From Elusimicrobiota bacterium (lineage in GTDB: Bacteria > Elusimicrobiota > Elusimicrobia > Elusimicrobiales > Elusimicrobiaceae), in the NCBI GenBank assembly GCA_029008615.1, contig JAQXJI010000037.1:381-64380 (forward strand): a DNA stretch of 64,000 nt, in the 5' to 3' direction. The notes beneath the pieces were generated by a model, which made no database searches, had not been told where the DNA came from, and worked only from the letters and a program-made list of their open reading frames with translations. Every line of letters begins with the position of its first letter. The stretch's first letter is position 1. Shown piece after piece: positions 63,264-64,000 of this stretch. Made by a program: the position numbers and the translations under genes.

Positions 63264-64000
63264 TTACTTTCGCCCCTCCGCCTTGGCGTAGGAGACTATG
63301 CCGTCCCTTATGCTTGCGGCCACTTTTTGCCTTACGCTTTTGGTGTTAAGGCGTTTTCTGTCATTGGCGTTGCTCAAATATCCCATTTCCACCAAAACCG
63401 CAGTGGAATTAACGCCGCGCAAAACGTAGAAATTGGCTTGTTTAATCGCGCTGTTTTGATGAACTTTTATACCCAAATCGCCGCTTTTCTTGCTGACGCT
63501 GTTCCTTATATGCCCGGCAAGTTTGGAACTTTGGTTTATATTCTCATTGGTGGCGAGGGATTTCAGCAGCAAATCCGCGAAACTTACCGTTCCGCCGCCT
63601 TTGCCTTCGTATTGCAGGGCTTCGTTTTCCAAAGCGGCGGTTTCTGCGGCCTCCGCGTCGGAAGCTTTATCGGAACGGAAATAGACTTCAAAACCGTTGG
63701 CGGAAGCGCGCTTTGCGGCGTTAGCGTGTATGGAAACGAAAACATCCGCTTTAAAATCATTGGCCATTGATGCCCTTTTGCCCAATGTAATAAAGACGTC
63801 GCTGTCCCTGGAGATTTTAACTTCAAATCCTTTTTCTTTTTTAAGCAAATCATACAAAGCTTTGGCGACGGCAAGGTTCAAATCTTTTTCTTTGCTGCTG
63901 CCTTTTTTAACCGCGCCGGGGTCTTTGCCGCCGTGGCCGGGATCTATTAAAATGCGGAATTTTTTTGTTTGCGAGGACGGTTTTTTAAGCTCTTCATATT
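63264..64000 (-). CDS. N-acetylmuramoyl-L-alanine amidase (Amidase_3), 5'-truncated by the window edge
   Basis: My own translation upstream of the listed ORF stays open to the window end. It reads ...FRILIDPGHGGKDPGAV...DLNLAVAKAL...FVSIHANA, which is the Amidase_3 zinc-ligand context. Confidence 0.85.
   Translation of the reverse strand, partial: YEELKKPSSQTKKFRILIDPGHGGKDPGAVKKGSSKEKDLNLAVAKALYDLLKKEKGFEVKISRDSDVFITLGKRASMANDFKADVFVSIHANAAKRASANGFEVYFRSDKASDAEAAETAALENEALQYEGKGGGTVSFADLLLKSLATNENINQSSKLAGHIRNSVSKKSGDLGIKVHQNSAIKQANFYVLRGVNSTAVLVEMGYLSNANDRKRLNTKSVRQKVAASIRDGIVSYAKAEGRK

Noticed and set aside
1-64000. Search for defence islands, toxin-antitoxin pairs, retrons/DGRs, secretion-system or biosynthetic clusters.
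   Set aside because: I recognised no reverse transcriptase, nuclease/helicase defence signatures, Cas proteins, small paired ORFs, PKS/NRPS or radical-SAM peptide-maturation genes. Essentially every ORF above ~100 aa that is not a shadow ORF is accounted for by the features listed.

Overview
This window is a gene-dense chromosomal segment with about 57 CDS and 3 tRNAs, and almost no non-coding DNA. The host is a diderm bacterium, shown by LptD, TolB-Pal-CpoB and AsmA. It is probably an anaerobe, given a four-subunit OorDABC-order 2-oxoacid:ferredoxin oxidoreductase and GatCA. Taxonomy cannot be established without a database search.

Most of the content is housekeeping:
- tdk, lptD, a ROK glucokinase, xerC-like, topA, dprA, comM, deoC and tpiA
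- Tol-Pal genes
- a GlcNAc PTS/catabolic operon (EIIA-HPr-EI fusion, EIICB, nagB, nagA)
- a POT peptide transporter, gatCA, uvrD/pcrA, RNA methyltransferases, ychF and an alpha-glucan phosphorylase
- a glycine-cleavage operon with a lipoate ligase-like gene

I see no CRISPR array, transposase, prophage block or recognisable defence or toxin-antitoxin genes.

The best candidate for something undescribed is a 1487-aa ORF (10731..15194, minus strand). It carries a clear DnaA/Hda-type AAA+ module behind roughly 1000 aa of Pro/Ala/Glu-rich low-complexity sequence. An unrecognisable C-terminal domain replaces the DnaA DNA-binding domain. The ORF is tightly coupled to an orphan lipoprotein gene and to comM/dprA.

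There are two secondary candidates. One is an input-domain-less histidine kinase translationally coupled to an unknown helical protein and an AI-2E permease. The other is a structured ~250-nt intergenic RNA region that ends in a long intrinsic terminator between glgP and trmL.

All functional calls come from motif recognition by eye. No searches were run.
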